Origin: a virus
Taxonomy: Duplodnaviria > Caudoviricetes
Direction: 5' to 3' (one strand)
Length of the DNA stretch: 64,000 nucleotides
IMG/VR virus record: IMGVR_UViG_3300042340_000394
Coordinates: 1 to 64,000 of that record
Position numbers and translations under genes: made by a program
Shown here: positions 47,320 through 57,213 of the stretch, in pieces
How positions within the stretch are numbered: the stretch's first letter is position 1
Layout: each line of letters opens with the position of its first letter
Notes under the pieces: model-generated
Database searches by the model: none
What the model was told of the DNA's origin: nothing
What the model saw: only the letters and a program-made list of their open reading frames with translations

Positions 47320-48702
47320 ATGATCGAGAAGAATCGTTCCGAAGAAGCGTGGGTTCCGGTACTGGACAAGCGCGGCGTTCCGCTGATGCCGTGCCATCCC
47401 GCGCGAGCACGCCAGTTGCTCCGTGCGGGGCGTGCGGTGGTGGCGCATCACACGCCGTTCGTGATCCGTCTCAAGGATCGTGTCGGTGGTGACGTGCAAC
47501 CCGTCCGGGTCTGCGAAGATCCCGGCAGCAAGACGACGGGCATCGCCGTCGTCCGCGAGGTTCCCGCCGCCAGCGAAGGCGACGGCCCGACGCGCGTCGT
47601 CCTGTTCAAGATGGAACTCACGCACCGCGGCGACGTTATCCGCGGGCAGATGGAGAGGCGATCGTCTAGCAGAAGGCGCCGTCGCCTAGCAAACCTTCGC
47701 TACCGACCGGCGCGTTTCAGCAATCGCCGACCCGCGAAGGGCACGCTGCGACCGTCTCTCAACCACCGCGTCGAAACGACGCTCTCATGGACTCGTCGTC
47801 TCATGCGCTGGTATCCCGTCGCCGCCGTGAGCGTGGAGCGGGTGCGTTTCGACACGCAGTTGATGCAGAACCCGGAGATCAGCGGCGTGGAATACCGGCA
47901 AGGCACGCTCGCAGGTTACGAGACTCGGGAGTGGGTGTTGGAGAAGTGGGGTCGCTCGTGCGCCTACTGCGACGCCGAGAACGTGGCGCTGAACCTCGAT
48001 CACGTCGTGCCGCGGGTGAGCGGCGGAAGCAGTCGCCCGAGCAACCTCGTGCCCGCCTGCGTTCCCTGCAACCAGCGCAAGGGCGCGCAACCACTGGCGG
48101 TGTTTCTCCAACGTGACCCGAAACGCGCGGCGCGCATTCTCGCAGGACTCAAGGAGTCGCTGCGCGACGCGGCGGCGGTGAACTCGACCCGATGGGCGCT
48201 CGATCGCGCGCTGCGGTCTCTCGGGGTGCCCGTCGAGGCGTCAAGTGGCGGGCGAACGAAGTGGAACCGCCACCGTTTCAACGTTCCGAAGACGCACGCC
48301 AACGACGCCGTGTGCGCGGGTAACGTCGGCGGTGTGATTGGTGCCGACACGCAAACGCTCTACGTTTACAGCACGGGGCGCGGCACGTACCAACGGCAAC
48401 ACTCGGACGCCTACGGTTTCCCTCGCGGCGTTCCGAAGATGCGCGAGAAGTCCGTGCGTGGATTCCGCACTGGCGATATGGTCCGTGCTACACCGCCGCG
48501 AGGCAAGTACGCTGGAACGTACGTCGGGCGCGTTGCCGTGCGGGCGAATGGTCAATTCGCCATTTGCGCTAAAGACAAGAGGATCGACGTGATTTGGAAA
48601 CACTGCGGCGTGTTGCAACGCGCCGACGGATACCGATATGCGTGGCAAGAGGAGAAGCGCGATGCCGTCGCGGTCCGAAAATCCGCTCCCCTTCCGCCGT
48701 GA
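47320..48702 (+). CDS. iscB: RNA-guided endonuclease IscB
   Basis: PLMP, split RuvC and HNH motifs all appear intact. Confidence 0.95.
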   Translation: MIEKNRSEEAWVPVLDKRGVPLMPCHPARARQLLRAGRAVVAHHTPFVIRLKDRVGGDVQPVRVCEDPGSKTTGIAVVREVPAASEGDGPTRVVLFKMELTHRGDVIRGQMERRSSSRRRRRLANLRYRPARFSNRRPAKGTLRPSLNHRVETTLSWTRRLMRWYPVAAVSVERVRFDTQLMQNPEISGVEYRQGTLAGYETREWVLEKWGRSCAYCDAENVALNLDHVVPRVSGGSSRPSNLVPACVPCNQRKGAQPLAVFLQRDPKRAARILAGLKESLRDAAAVNSTRWALDRALRSLGVPVEASSGGRTKWNRHRFNVPKTHANDAVCAGNVGGVIGADTQTLYVYSTGRGTYQRQHSDAYGFPRGVPKMREKSVRGFRTGDMVRATPPRGKYAGTYVGRVAVRANGQFAICAKDKRIDVIWKHCGVLQRADGYRYAWQEEKRDAVAVRKSAPLPP

Positions 48703-49250
48703 ATAGCGGCGCAACCGCTCGGGCAAATCGTGACTACCGCCCAATGGCGGAACCGCAAGTGAGCGGGCAACTCACCGACCGCGAGGCTTCGGCGCTGGCC
48801 GAAGCGAGGCGCCTTCTCGCCGCTGCGGAGGCCGAAATGCGTTACGGCGCGGGGTGCCGCGCGGCGGCTCTCCCGATGCTCTACGACGCCCTCGCCGCCG
48901 TCGCGGCGCTGGTGTCGGCGACCGCGACGGAACTCGAACGATCGCGGGCGCGCGGCGAGTGAGAACGATTAGTTCCACCACGTTCGGAGAGTATTTCGCC
49001 GACGCTCCGCCGTCTCTCGCGACGGAGCGACTGCGACGCGTCGTGTTATCGGGCAACCCTCCGCATTCTGAGTACGAGTACGGGTGGATGGCAGACCGCT
49101 TCGGTCGGCACACCGCCGATGCCGAGAAGTCGTGGCTTCGAGCGAACGGTTTCCGGTTCAACGGCGGCAAGTGGTGGCGGAGCGATGGGTGAGAAGGCGC
49201 AGCAACAACGAAGTTGTGCCGCCCCGCGCTCTCCGGTATGATCCTACCCC

Positions 49251-49871
49251 ATGAGCAAGAAAAGCAAGACGCGAGTCCGACGTTCGGTTCGCAACTCCGG
49301 CGAGATCACCATCTATCTCAAGTCGTCGGACGGGTACAGTGCGACGCGACACTTCAAGACCCTCGCTGGCGCACGCAAGTTTGCGCGCAAGACGATGGGT
49401 GAGCGTTACAAAATCGGATCGTGGTACGCCGTATCCGGCGGCGGTACGATGCGTATGACGTCCGTAGGCGCGTCGCCCGAATCGCTTCTCGCGCCCGAGC
49501 CGAAGGCCGCTCCGACCGCGTGTGAGTGCGACGCAGGCTACAACGAAGACACCGGGCACTGGGCAGGCCCGTGCGACTACTGCCGTTCGCCCGCGGGGCT
49601 CGCCGCGAAGGCGAAGCAGGAGGCGAAGGCGAAGCTCGACGACGAGAAGTTCATCGAGCTCCGCGCGCTCGCCCGAAAACTCGGGAACGATCGGTACGGC
49701 AACGTGGCTCGCGTAAGCGGAACGGCGCACCATTCCCGCGGGCTGCGGTGGGATGAAGTACACCCGAAGGACCGCAAGGCCATCGAAGCGGCGGCGAAGC
49801 GCATGAAGCTCGACATCAAGCACCGCGAGTACAGTCTCGCGCTCGCCTACGATTTCGACCCCGGATTCTGA
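49251..49871 (+). CDS. Tagged hypothetical protein (RRSVRNS)
   Basis: TTGTGC...TATGAT promoter; CEC...CDYC motif. Confidence 0.75.
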   Translation: MSKKSKTRVRRSVRNSGEITIYLKSSDGYSATRHFKTLAGARKFARKTMGERYKIGSWYAVSGGGTMRMTSVGASPESLLAPEPKAAPTACECDAGYNEDTGHWAGPCDYCRSPAGLAAKAKQEAKAKLDDEKFIELRALARKLGNDRYGNVARVSGTAHHSRGLRWDEVHPKDRKAIEAAAKRMKLDIKHREYSLALAYDFDPGF

Positions 49872-49899
49872 ACCACTGAATCCACGGCGTCGGCGCGGC

Positions 49900-50421
49900 C
49901 TAGAGGGCGCGGCCCTCGTACGGGTCGATGCGGTTCGCTTCGGCGAAGGCGCGAACGTCGCGCCGAAGTTGCTTGCGCGCGGCTTCAACCGACGCCTTCG
50001 TGCGACCGAGCGAGACCTTCTTCGTGCCCGTGATGTGCGCGAACATTTCGGCGCTGCGACTCACGGCCTCGCGAGGATCATCGTCGGGGTCGAGCAGCGG
50101 CGTGTAAACGCTCTGCACGTCGTATGCAATCCGCTGGCGGTCTACGCGAACGAGGCGAGGCTTCATCGCGAAGAACTCCGCCTCGTCGTGGATGCCCACC
50201 GGCCCCGCGCCTGTCTGCGGCGTAGCGCCAGCACGATCGAGCACGAACGCCGCCCCGCGATACCCCAACCTCAGTACGAAAACGCCATCGACGAAGTTGT
50301 CGAAACTGTACTCGGCGCCGATGATGAACGGGGCTCGCACCGGGCGCATCCCGTCGGGGTAGAGAATCGTCGGCTCCGGGTTGAGGAGCGAACGTCGGCG
50401 AGCGGGCTTGCGGGTGAGCAT
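49900..50421 (-). CDS. Tagged hypothetical protein (RRRSLLNP)
   Basis: TTGCCC-N18-TAGAGT-N6-ATG. Confidence 0.7.
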   Translation of the reverse strand: MLTRKPARRRSLLNPEPTILYPDGMRPVRAPFIIGAEYSFDNFVDGVFVLRLGYRGAAFVLDRAGATPQTGAGPVGIHDEAEFFAMKPRLVRVDRQRIAYDVQSVYTPLLDPDDDPREAVSRSAEMFAHITGTKKVSLGRTKASVEAARKQLRRDVRAFAEANRIDPYEGRAL

Positions 50422-50542
50422 CGTGCGACTCTACGCGAGCACGCCGCGCACGGGCAAGCGCCGCGAATCCCCGCCACGCGCTCCCCGCGTAGCGACGTTT
50501 TCGCCGTTGACACCCCCCCCCCTCCCGTGCTCCGATGCGGGT

Positions 50543-51046
50543 ATGTTCACACGAGCGATTTGCACGGTCGACTTCACGTTCGAGCAAGACAACTTCGACG
50601 ACGACGCCAAGGGTGATCGCGACGCCGACGCGAAGAAGTTCGCGAAGGGGCTGCTCAAGAAGTACAAGCGTCCGCACATGGACGACCTCACGAGCATGGT
50701 GATGGCGCTCGAACAGAAGGCGTCCGAAGCGGTCGCGAAGAAGGCGAAGGTCCGGCAGATCAACGGCGGCTCGTACGACGGCGGAGACGTGCTCTCCGTG
50801 CCGTACTCCGTCGAGAGCGTGGCCGACGTGCAGCGCCTCCGCGACGTGTTCGACAGCGAAGGTCGCAGCTACGACGAAGCGCCCTACATCACCGCGAGCG
50901 GCATGATCCTCTGGCTCGACGGCTACAACGGCAAGGCGTACGGACTCAGTTCGTCCGTTCGCAACGACTCGGACCTCGACGAGTGGCTCGAAGCGAACAC
51001 GCCCAAGAAGCGCGTCGCCCGCAAGCCCAAGAAGTCGCGCCGCTGA
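50543..51046 (+). CDS. Hypothetical protein with a basic C-terminal tail
   Basis: TTGACA followed by C10 upstream; ends KKRVARKPKKSRR. Confidence 0.7.
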   Translation: MFTRAICTVDFTFEQDNFDDDAKGDRDADAKKFAKGLLKKYKRPHMDDLTSMVMALEQKASEAVAKKAKVRQINGGSYDGGDVLSVPYSVESVADVQRLRDVFDSEGRSYDEAPYITASGMILWLDGYNGKAYGLSSSVRNDSDLDEWLEANTPKKRVARKPKKSRR

Positions 51047-51077
51047 ATCCCCGCCCCGTCACTCGCGTCTACTCGGA

Positions 51078-51551
51078 GTGACCGTCTCCCTCCCCACCGC
51101 CCACGCGGTCGCCCTCGCGCTCTCGGCGCTGTTCCCCTCCGTCGCCCGCACGCTGCACGACCCGCTGGCCCGCGACACGTTCGTCGTGCGCGCGAAGATG
51201 GTCGACTACGCTTGCTCCGACGCGGGCGTCACACGTTGCGCCACGCTGCACGCGATCGTGTTCGTCGAGTCGGGCTACCGGCTACGCAACGCGCGGGCTT
51301 CGCTGGCGGCGTGCAACCCGTACGGCACCGACGACTGGCAACAGGCGACGTGCGCCGCCCGGTCGCTCGCGTCGGCCCTGCGCCGTTGTCGCGCTACACC
51401 GCGGGCGTTGAATCGTTACCAGTTCGGTGAATGCGCGGTGCCTCGCGGGCGTAGATATCGTAGAGCGCGCCTACGTTCGGCGATCTACGTTCGCAGCGTG
51501 ACGCGCATCGCAACAGCAATCGAGAGGCAACTTGAACAAGTACGACATTAG
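51078..51551 (+). CDS. Lytic transglycosylase-like protein
   Basis: LHAIVFVESGY (catalytic Glu motif), ALNRY; signal-like N-terminus. Confidence 0.5.
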   Translation: MTVSLPTAHAVALALSALFPSVARTLHDPLARDTFVVRAKMVDYACSDAGVTRCATLHAIVFVESGYRLRNARASLAACNPYGTDDWQQATCAARSLASALRRCRATPRALNRYQFGECAVPRGRRYRRARLRSAIYVRSVTRIATAIERQLEQVRH

Positions 51552-52107
51552 CCTTCTGGCCGTGATGCTTGCAGCGGTGGCGGCGGTGTACGCGGTATGG
51601 CGGGCGCGGCAACGACGCGCGAAGGCCACTGCGCGCCCCACGGCGGCGCTCCCGAGCCTCGACGCGACCACGGCGACGGAGCCCTCCGTGCCGCCACCGC
51701 AGCGGGCGCTCACCGTCCGCGAGCGACGGCGCGAGGAGATCGTGACGCTCGCGCAGGCCGACCGATGCCTGTACTGCTCCGCGGAACCGACCGCGCCGCT
51801 CCCTTACGCGCAATTCACCCGTCCGTCGGTCGACGTGACGGCGCTCCTCACGGGCGACCTCCCGAAGCACTGGCGGGTGCATAACCCGACGGAACTCGAT
51901 GCGATCCCGCTTGTCTGCGACGCCCACGCCACGATCGCACGTTCGGCAGTGGAACTGCGCGCCGCGAAGGCGCACGCCGCCTACGCCGAGTTCGTGAGCG
52001 CGCAGAAGGAGGAAATGCACGAGTTCACGGCGCACGGGCTCGACGAACAGATGCGAGCGGAGGCCGATCGTGTCCGCAAGGGCGTGGCCCGCGGAGGGGC
52101 GTCGTGA
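51532..52107 (+). CDS. Membrane-anchored hypothetical protein
   Basis: N-terminal TM; CLYC...CDAH. Confidence 0.6.
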   Translation: MNKYDISLLAVMLAAVAAVYAVWRARQRRAKATARPTAALPSLDATTATEPSVPPPQRALTVRERRREEIVTLAQADRCLYCSAEPTAPLPYAQFTRPSVDVTALLTGDLPKHWRVHNPTELDAIPLVCDAHATIARSAVELRAAKAHAAYAEFVSAQKEEMHEFTAHGLDEQMRAEADRVRKGVARGGAS

Positions 52108-52658
52108 GACACGCATGGAAACGCTCCGGTGGCGTGTGGCAATGCGCGAACTGCGCGCTGGCACGGTGGGCGGAGCGCCTCGACAACGGGCGCAAGTACC
52201 GCACGTTCAACGTCTACTCGCGCGACGCAGTAACGCGATTCAGCGCCGACGATCAACCCGTGCCGCCGTGCGAACCGGCGACGCTCTCGTCGTGCGTGCT
52301 GATCGAGCGCAACGGACGTTTCGCGACCATCAAGTCGCGCAAGCACAACGGGCAACCGGAACTCCTCGGCGGCAAGGCCGAACCCGGCGAGTCGCCCGAA
52401 GAGACGGCGGTGCGAGAGGCACGCGAAGAGGGCGGCGTCGAGGCGATCAACCTGCGCCTCGTGCTCGTGGCGAGCATCGGCGGGCACCGCTGCTCGGTGT
52501 TCGCTGCGGAGGTCGCCAGCGGCGCACGACTGCGTGGCGGCGCCGAAGGCGAGGCCGTGTGGAGCACGCGCGAGCAACTGCTCACGGAGGGCACGTACCG
52601 CGCCGACTTCCCGGCGATCGTCGAAGCGTACGATCGGGTGACTCGCGCGCCGCGATAA
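52104..52658 (+). CDS. Nudix hydrolase
   Basis: GGKAEPGESPEETAVREAREEGG Nudix box. Confidence 0.88.
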   Translation: MRHAWKRSGGVWQCANCALARWAERLDNGRKYRTFNVYSRDAVTRFSADDQPVPPCEPATLSSCVLIERNGRFATIKSRKHNGQPELLGGKAEPGESPEETAVREAREEGGVEAINLRLVLVASIGGHRCSVFAAEVASGARLRGGAEGEAVWSTREQLLTEGTYRADFPAIVEAYDRVTRAPR

Positions 52659-52681
52659 TCGGTGTTATCGTGGTCGCCATT

Positions 52682-53368
52682 ATGAGACAACTGCGACTGC
52701 CCGTCGCGCCCGCTCCGAGAATCGTCCGCGAGACAAACGCCGTCGCGCTCACGGGGGTGGGTCGCGTGCGCACGAACAACGAAGACTGCGTGGGCATCCG
52801 CGAAGAGCTTCTCGTTCTCTCCGACGGCATGGGCGGGCACGCTCACGGCGAAGTCGCCTCCGAGGCGGCGGTGCGAACGTTCCTCGACTACGCGAAGCGC
52901 GTGCGGTCGCAACGTGCGGAGGGCGTGCTCGAAGAGGCGTTCCGACTCGCGCAGCGCACGGTGGCGCTCGTGCCCGATGATGCGGGCTGCACGCTCGTGG
53001 CGGTGCGCGTCGAAGAGCGATGCGTCGTCGTGGGTCACACGGGCGACTCGCGGGCGTACCTTCTGCGGCGCGGAAACGCGATCTCACTCACGCGCGACCA
53101 CGCGGTGCAGAGCATGCTCACGCGATGCCTCGGTGGCGGTTGTCGCGTCGCGTGGGAACCGACGATCGCGCGCATCGCCACGCTCCCCGGTGACGCCGTG
53201 ATGCTATGCTCCGACGGGCTGCACGGCATGATCGACGACGAAACGATCGCGTCGCTGTGGGATGCGTCGGGCGGCGATATCGAACGTTTCGCCGTCGATG
53301 CGCACAACGAAGCGATGGCGATGGGCGGCGACGACAACTGCTCGATCGTCGTGGCGAGGTGCCGGTGA
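52682..53368 (+). CDS. PP2C-family Ser/Thr phosphatase
   Basis: RTNNED, SDGMGG, GDSRAY, LTRDH, CSDGL and GGDDN motifs. Confidence 0.93.
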   Translation: MRQLRLPVAPAPRIVRETNAVALTGVGRVRTNNEDCVGIREELLVLSDGMGGHAHGEVASEAAVRTFLDYAKRVRSQRAEGVLEEAFRLAQRTVALVPDDAGCTLVAVRVEERCVVVGHTGDSRAYLLRRGNAISLTRDHAVQSMLTRCLGGGCRVAWEPTIARIATLPGDAVMLCSDGLHGMIDDETIASLWDASGGDIERFAVDAHNEAMAMGGDDNCSIVVARCR

Positions 53369-53572
53369 GCCTCGCGCTGCGAGTGACGATGGCGGTGTTC
53401 CGCGAGGGGTGGCGCCCGTGCGACGCGCGATGCGAGCGGTGGCGCAACTGCGTTTCGGGCGCCGTCGGTACGCGGGCCGACGTGCTCCGGTGCGGGCTCG
53501 CGCTGCTAACGGCGGGCGGAGAGAATCGCACGGCGTCGTGAATAATCGCGGGGCGCGGGCCGTCGCAAGGGC

Positions 53573-53833
53573 GTGACAAGCAAGCCCTTCAACACGATCC
53601 CTCCGCTGGATCGAAAACTCGTGACCATCCCGGTGTACGGTGCTCCGTCGCAACCGCGTCAACCGCCGTTCGTGCGCCACGTCGAGCCTCTCTCGCCGAC
53701 TGCCGCGCAGGCCGTCCGCGAGCAAGTCGAGCGCCTCGTCGCGCTGCGCCTCTCGCCGACGATCACGTCGCCCGCCGACCGGGCGGAACTCGACTCGATC
53801 ATCGGCGCCCTCACGGTGGCGGTGGCCTCGTGA
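53573..53833 (+). CDS. Hypothetical protein
   Basis: Coupled to the next ORF. Confidence 0.5.
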   Translation: MTSKPFNTIPPLDRKLVTIPVYGAPSQPRQPPFVRHVEPLSPTAAQAVREQVERLVALRLSPTITSPADRAELDSIIGALTVAVAS

Positions 53834-54117
53834 GCGATCGGACGATAACGCCGCCGAAGGCCGAGTCGTACTACGACGCTCACGCGCTCGTCGCGTTTCT
53901 CGAACGCCGACGCGGTGCCGAAGCAGGATCGTTACTCGACGAGTCTCTGCGAGAAGTGCTCAAGCACTACGGCGCGAAGAACAGGGAGCTCGTCCGTCTC
54001 GATCGCAAGTACCGCAAGGAAAACGAAGACGACTTCTTGAGCCCTTACGACGGCCCGCTTCTCAACGAACTGCACGACGTTCTCAGCGACGCCTTTTGCG
54101 TCCACGTTTACTGGTGA
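53830..54117 (+). CDS. Hypothetical protein
   Basis: GTGA overlap. Confidence 0.6.
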   Translation: MSDRTITPPKAESYYDAHALVAFLERRRGAEAGSLLDESLREVLKHYGAKNRELVRLDRKYRKENEDDFLSPYDGPLLNELHDVLSDAFCVHVYW

Positions 54118-54122
54118 GCACG

Positions 54123-55349
54123 ATGAACATCGCATTCAAGTGGCGGAGCAACGCCGAAGGCGAGCGCGACGGCGGGAGCATCACCCTGCGCGTCGGCGCG
54201 GCGTCGGTCTGCGCGACGATCGTTCGCCCCGCCGTGGGGCGCGAGGTGATGCGCGGCGCGTCGTTTCTGGAGTACCTGCGCGGGCGAGGCTTCACGGCGA
54301 CGTTGGCCCCCGCGCCGCGTCTCGGCGTCGCGCTCGCGGGCGCGATCGGTCCCGCGCAGTTCGTCGAAGGCTGGCGATGGCGCAAGAACCCGGAGAACGT
54401 CCGCAACGCGCGCGAAACGTCGCTCTGGTTCACGCGCGATATGGTCGGGTGGCGCTGGCGTGCGGAGCCTCGCGAGCGGAGCCTGTACCAGCGCAACACG
54501 CCGACCGACGGGTTTGCAACGTGGGCACGGGTGATCCTCGGGGAGCGCGACGTTCGCGAGGTGCATCGTTTCACGCGAGACGTGGTGGTGCCGATGCCCG
54601 AAGGCGACTATGCCGCGACGGCAACGACGATCGTCACCGAAGAGGTGCGGGCGCGTGTGCCCGCGTGGTTGCGGGAACTCGCGCCGCAGTTCACTCGCAC
54701 GACGACGGTCACGACGGAGCGCGTGATCGAAGCGCCGATCGGCATGTTCCGGTCGCACACGATCGACGGCGACGATCCCGAAGCGGCGGCGCGGGCGTTC
54801 GCCGAACGTGTCGAGGCGAGGCGCGCGGAGCGCTCCGGGTGGGCACTCCCGCTGCGCATGCGGGCGTCGGGCGACGACGTGTGGGAGGCGTACCATCACG
54901 CGAGCGGCGAGTGGCGCTCGTGGGGCACTGCGAAGCGCGAGGCGCTCCCGAAGGAGGCGCGCGTCGAGGAGTGCCGCCCGTGCTCCGACGAAGCGATCGC
55001 GCGGGTGCTCACGCCTAAGACGTACGGCGTCGAGGTTGGCGAAATGCGCAAGCGTCTCGGGCGCGAGGCGCTGGAGCACGTCGCGGAACTCGCGGAGGGC
55101 CTCGTGTCCGCGAACGAAGTGACGCGCCACGCCGCGCAAGTCGAGGTGGCCCGCGCCCGTGCCGAAGCGCAGGCGAAGATCGCGGCGCTCGGGCCGAACG
55201 CGGCGAAGGATGCCTTGGCGGGCGTGCTCGCGGCGACGCTGGTGCCGCCGCTCCCGTCGTGGGCGAAGTATGCGGTGCTCGGCGGGCTCTTCTCGCTCGG
55301 GGTGATGAACATGGCGATGCTCGGCGTCGCGAACGTGGGGCGCGTGTGA
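54123..55349 (+). CDS. Hypothetical protein with C-terminal TM segment
   Basis: Ends YAVLGGLFSLGVMNMAMLGV. Confidence 0.65.
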   Translation: MNIAFKWRSNAEGERDGGSITLRVGAASVCATIVRPAVGREVMRGASFLEYLRGRGFTATLAPAPRLGVALAGAIGPAQFVEGWRWRKNPENVRNARETSLWFTRDMVGWRWRAEPRERSLYQRNTPTDGFATWARVILGERDVREVHRFTRDVVVPMPEGDYAATATTIVTEEVRARVPAWLRELAPQFTRTTTVTTERVIEAPIGMFRSHTIDGDDPEAAARAFAERVEARRAERSGWALPLRMRASGDDVWEAYHHASGEWRSWGTAKREALPKEARVEECRPCSDEAIARVLTPKTYGVEVGEMRKRLGREALEHVAELAEGLVSANEVTRHAAQVEVARARAEAQAKIAALGPNAAKDALAGVLAATLVPPLPSWAKYAVLGGLFSLGVMNMAMLGVANVGRV

Positions 55350-55631
55350 GTGACTACCGAACGTCGCCCGACGACACGGTGCCGCGCACCGACTACGAGC
55401 GCGTGGTCGCGGAGAACGTCGCGCTGCGGGCGGAACTCGACCGCGAGCGCAGCATCGCGCCGGAGTTGCAGCGCATCGTGCAGCACAACGTCTCGCCCGC
55501 GCGAGTTATCTTCTACGCCACGCTGGCGCTCGTGGTGGGCAACAACATCGTGTACGCGCTCGGCTGGTTCGCGGTGCAGTAAATCGCCGCCGCGCCGTGA
55601 AGAACGGCGGCGCTGGCGACGTAGAAGGCGC

Positions 55632-56021
55632 ATGAACACGCCGAACCTCACCGAACTCGCAACCGCGATCGCCTGCCTCACGCCCGCCGACCGCGACGCC
55701 GTGCTCGCGGAGGCGTACACGCTCGCGGCGAAAACCCACGCCGGGACCGTGTACGTCGTCGCGTTCACGACGCCCGACTACACGAACTGCACCGGGCGCT
55801 ACAGCAGGGTCGACGCGATCAAGGCGCTCCGCGCGGCGACCGGCTTCGGTCTCGGCGAGGCGAAGGCCGCGATCGAAGCGGGGGTGTTCCACGGCAAGCG
55901 CACGGCGCTCGACGCCACCGCCCTCGCGAGCAAGATCAACGCGGAGTGGGCGAAGATCGCCCACCACACGATGGCGACCGTCGCCATCGCCGCCGCGGTT
56001 CCCGCTCCGGTGGCGCCGTGA
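55632..56021 (+). CDS. Ribosomal L7/L12 C-terminal-domain-like protein
   Basis: RVDAIKALRAATGFGLGEAKAAIE; class I promoter. Confidence 0.65.
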   Translation: MNTPNLTELATAIACLTPADRDAVLAEAYTLAAKTHAGTVYVVAFTTPDYTNCTGRYSRVDAIKALRAATGFGLGEAKAAIEAGVFHGKRTALDATALASKINAEWAKIAHHTMATVAIAAAVPAPVAP

Positions 56022-57175
56022 TCGGCTCGCTCCGGCTGCACAACATCGGCCCGTTCGCCGACGTTCGCGTACGGTTCCCGCCCGCTCGCGGCGGGCAGTT
56101 CCTCGCGCTCGTCGGCGAGGGCGTCACGTCCGCGCTGCGAGGCGCCGCCGTCGCGCTCGCAGGGCCGAACGTCTACGCGGGTGCGCCGACGCGACCGATC
56201 TACCCGATCGTACGCGACGGGTGCCGCGAGGGCATGGCGATCATCAATACGGGCGAAGAACCGTTCGCGACGTACTTCTCCCGCGACGGCGCCCACTGGA
56301 ACCCGGTGCAGTCTCGGGAACCGACGTTCTGCGGGTTCTTCGTCGCGTACGGCGCCGACCGCGTGCGCGACGACAACGTGGGCGACAACCGCCTCGACGA
56401 CTGCGACGGCTTCAACGGGTGGCGGCATATCGGTTCCGTGTTCGGCGACCGGGCGTGCCTTCTGCGACCGCGACACGTTCTCGCGGAACTGCTACGCATC
56501 GCCTCGTTCGTCGGCGAGTCGGAGTGGGCCGCGCTCTACGGCGGCGCGTACGACGGGACGTGCGGCGCGCTGGCGGCGATTCTCGGCGCGGAGCGAGTCC
56601 GCATGGGCGAGGATCACGTCGAGGTCGACGGCGTGCCCCTGCGGCGCCTCGGGAGCGGCGCGAACGGCATCGCCGCGTGGGTCGCCGACTTGTGCGCCCG
56701 GTGGGTGGTGCGCGAGGTCAAGGCGGGGCGCACGGTGCCCGCCGACTTCTACGCCGCGATGGATGGCGTGTGCATCATCGACGCGATCGACGCGCACCTC
56801 CCGCCCGCGGAGCAAGTCACGCTCGTCGAGCGCGTGCGGGCCACGTTCCCGCGCATGACGTTCATCGCGGGCGTCGAGGCGCCGCTCACGCTGTGCGGCC
56901 TGCGCGGCGACGAGGTGGTGGTGCTCCGCGACGGCAAGGCGATGCACAACGTCGCGGACCCTCGGTTGCAGACGGCCAGTGAGCTCTACGAAGCCTTCTA
57001 CGGCATCGACCGCCTGCACCCCGAAGGTCTCAGCAACACGCTCGACCTCTACACGCGGCTCGCCCGAAACCCGCGTCGCGACGATGCGGACGAACGCGCG
57101 CTCGAAGAACTCGCGGCGGTTCTGCACGAGGCTGGCATCAAGCGTTCGCCACCGTGCCGACGCAGAAGCGACTGA
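56018..57175 (+). CDS. Degenerate ABC/AAA_21-type ATPase
   Basis: LRLHNIGPF, eroded Walker A (LVGEGVTS), LGSG signature, CIIDAIDAHLPP Walker B lacking the Glu. Confidence 0.65.
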   Translation: MIGSLRLHNIGPFADVRVRFPPARGGQFLALVGEGVTSALRGAAVALAGPNVYAGAPTRPIYPIVRDGCREGMAIINTGEEPFATYFSRDGAHWNPVQSREPTFCGFFVAYGADRVRDDNVGDNRLDDCDGFNGWRHIGSVFGDRACLLRPRHVLAELLRIASFVGESEWAALYGGAYDGTCGALAAILGAERVRMGEDHVEVDGVPLRRLGSGANGIAAWVADLCARWVVREVKAGRTVPADFYAAMDGVCIIDAIDAHLPPAEQVTLVERVRATFPRMTFIAGVEAPLTLCGLRGDEVVVLRDGKAMHNVADPRLQTASELYEAFYGIDRLHPEGLSNTLDLYTRLARNPRRDDADERALEELAAVLHEAGIKRSPPCRRRSD

Positions 57176-57213
57176 GCGGTTGCGTTCTGGCGGCGTTCGT
57201 GTAGCGTCGCAGC

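Larger units (their letters stand above)
47009..48733 (+). mobile_element. Non-autonomous IscB element, copy 2
   Basis: Left hairpin cctccgcc-ttcg-ggcggagg, omegaRNA, iscB and a right hairpin. The right end is approximate. Confidence 0.85.

Noticed and set aside
34465-48733. Composite transposon bounded by the two IscB copies
   Set aside because: The copies have diverged, sit in separate target genes, and the DNA between them has the same promoters and tags as the rest of the element.
56018-57175. Active retron/Septu/PARIS-type defence ATPase
   Set aside because: Walker A Lys and Walker B Glu appear lost, and no partner nuclease or reverse transcriptase is adjacent.
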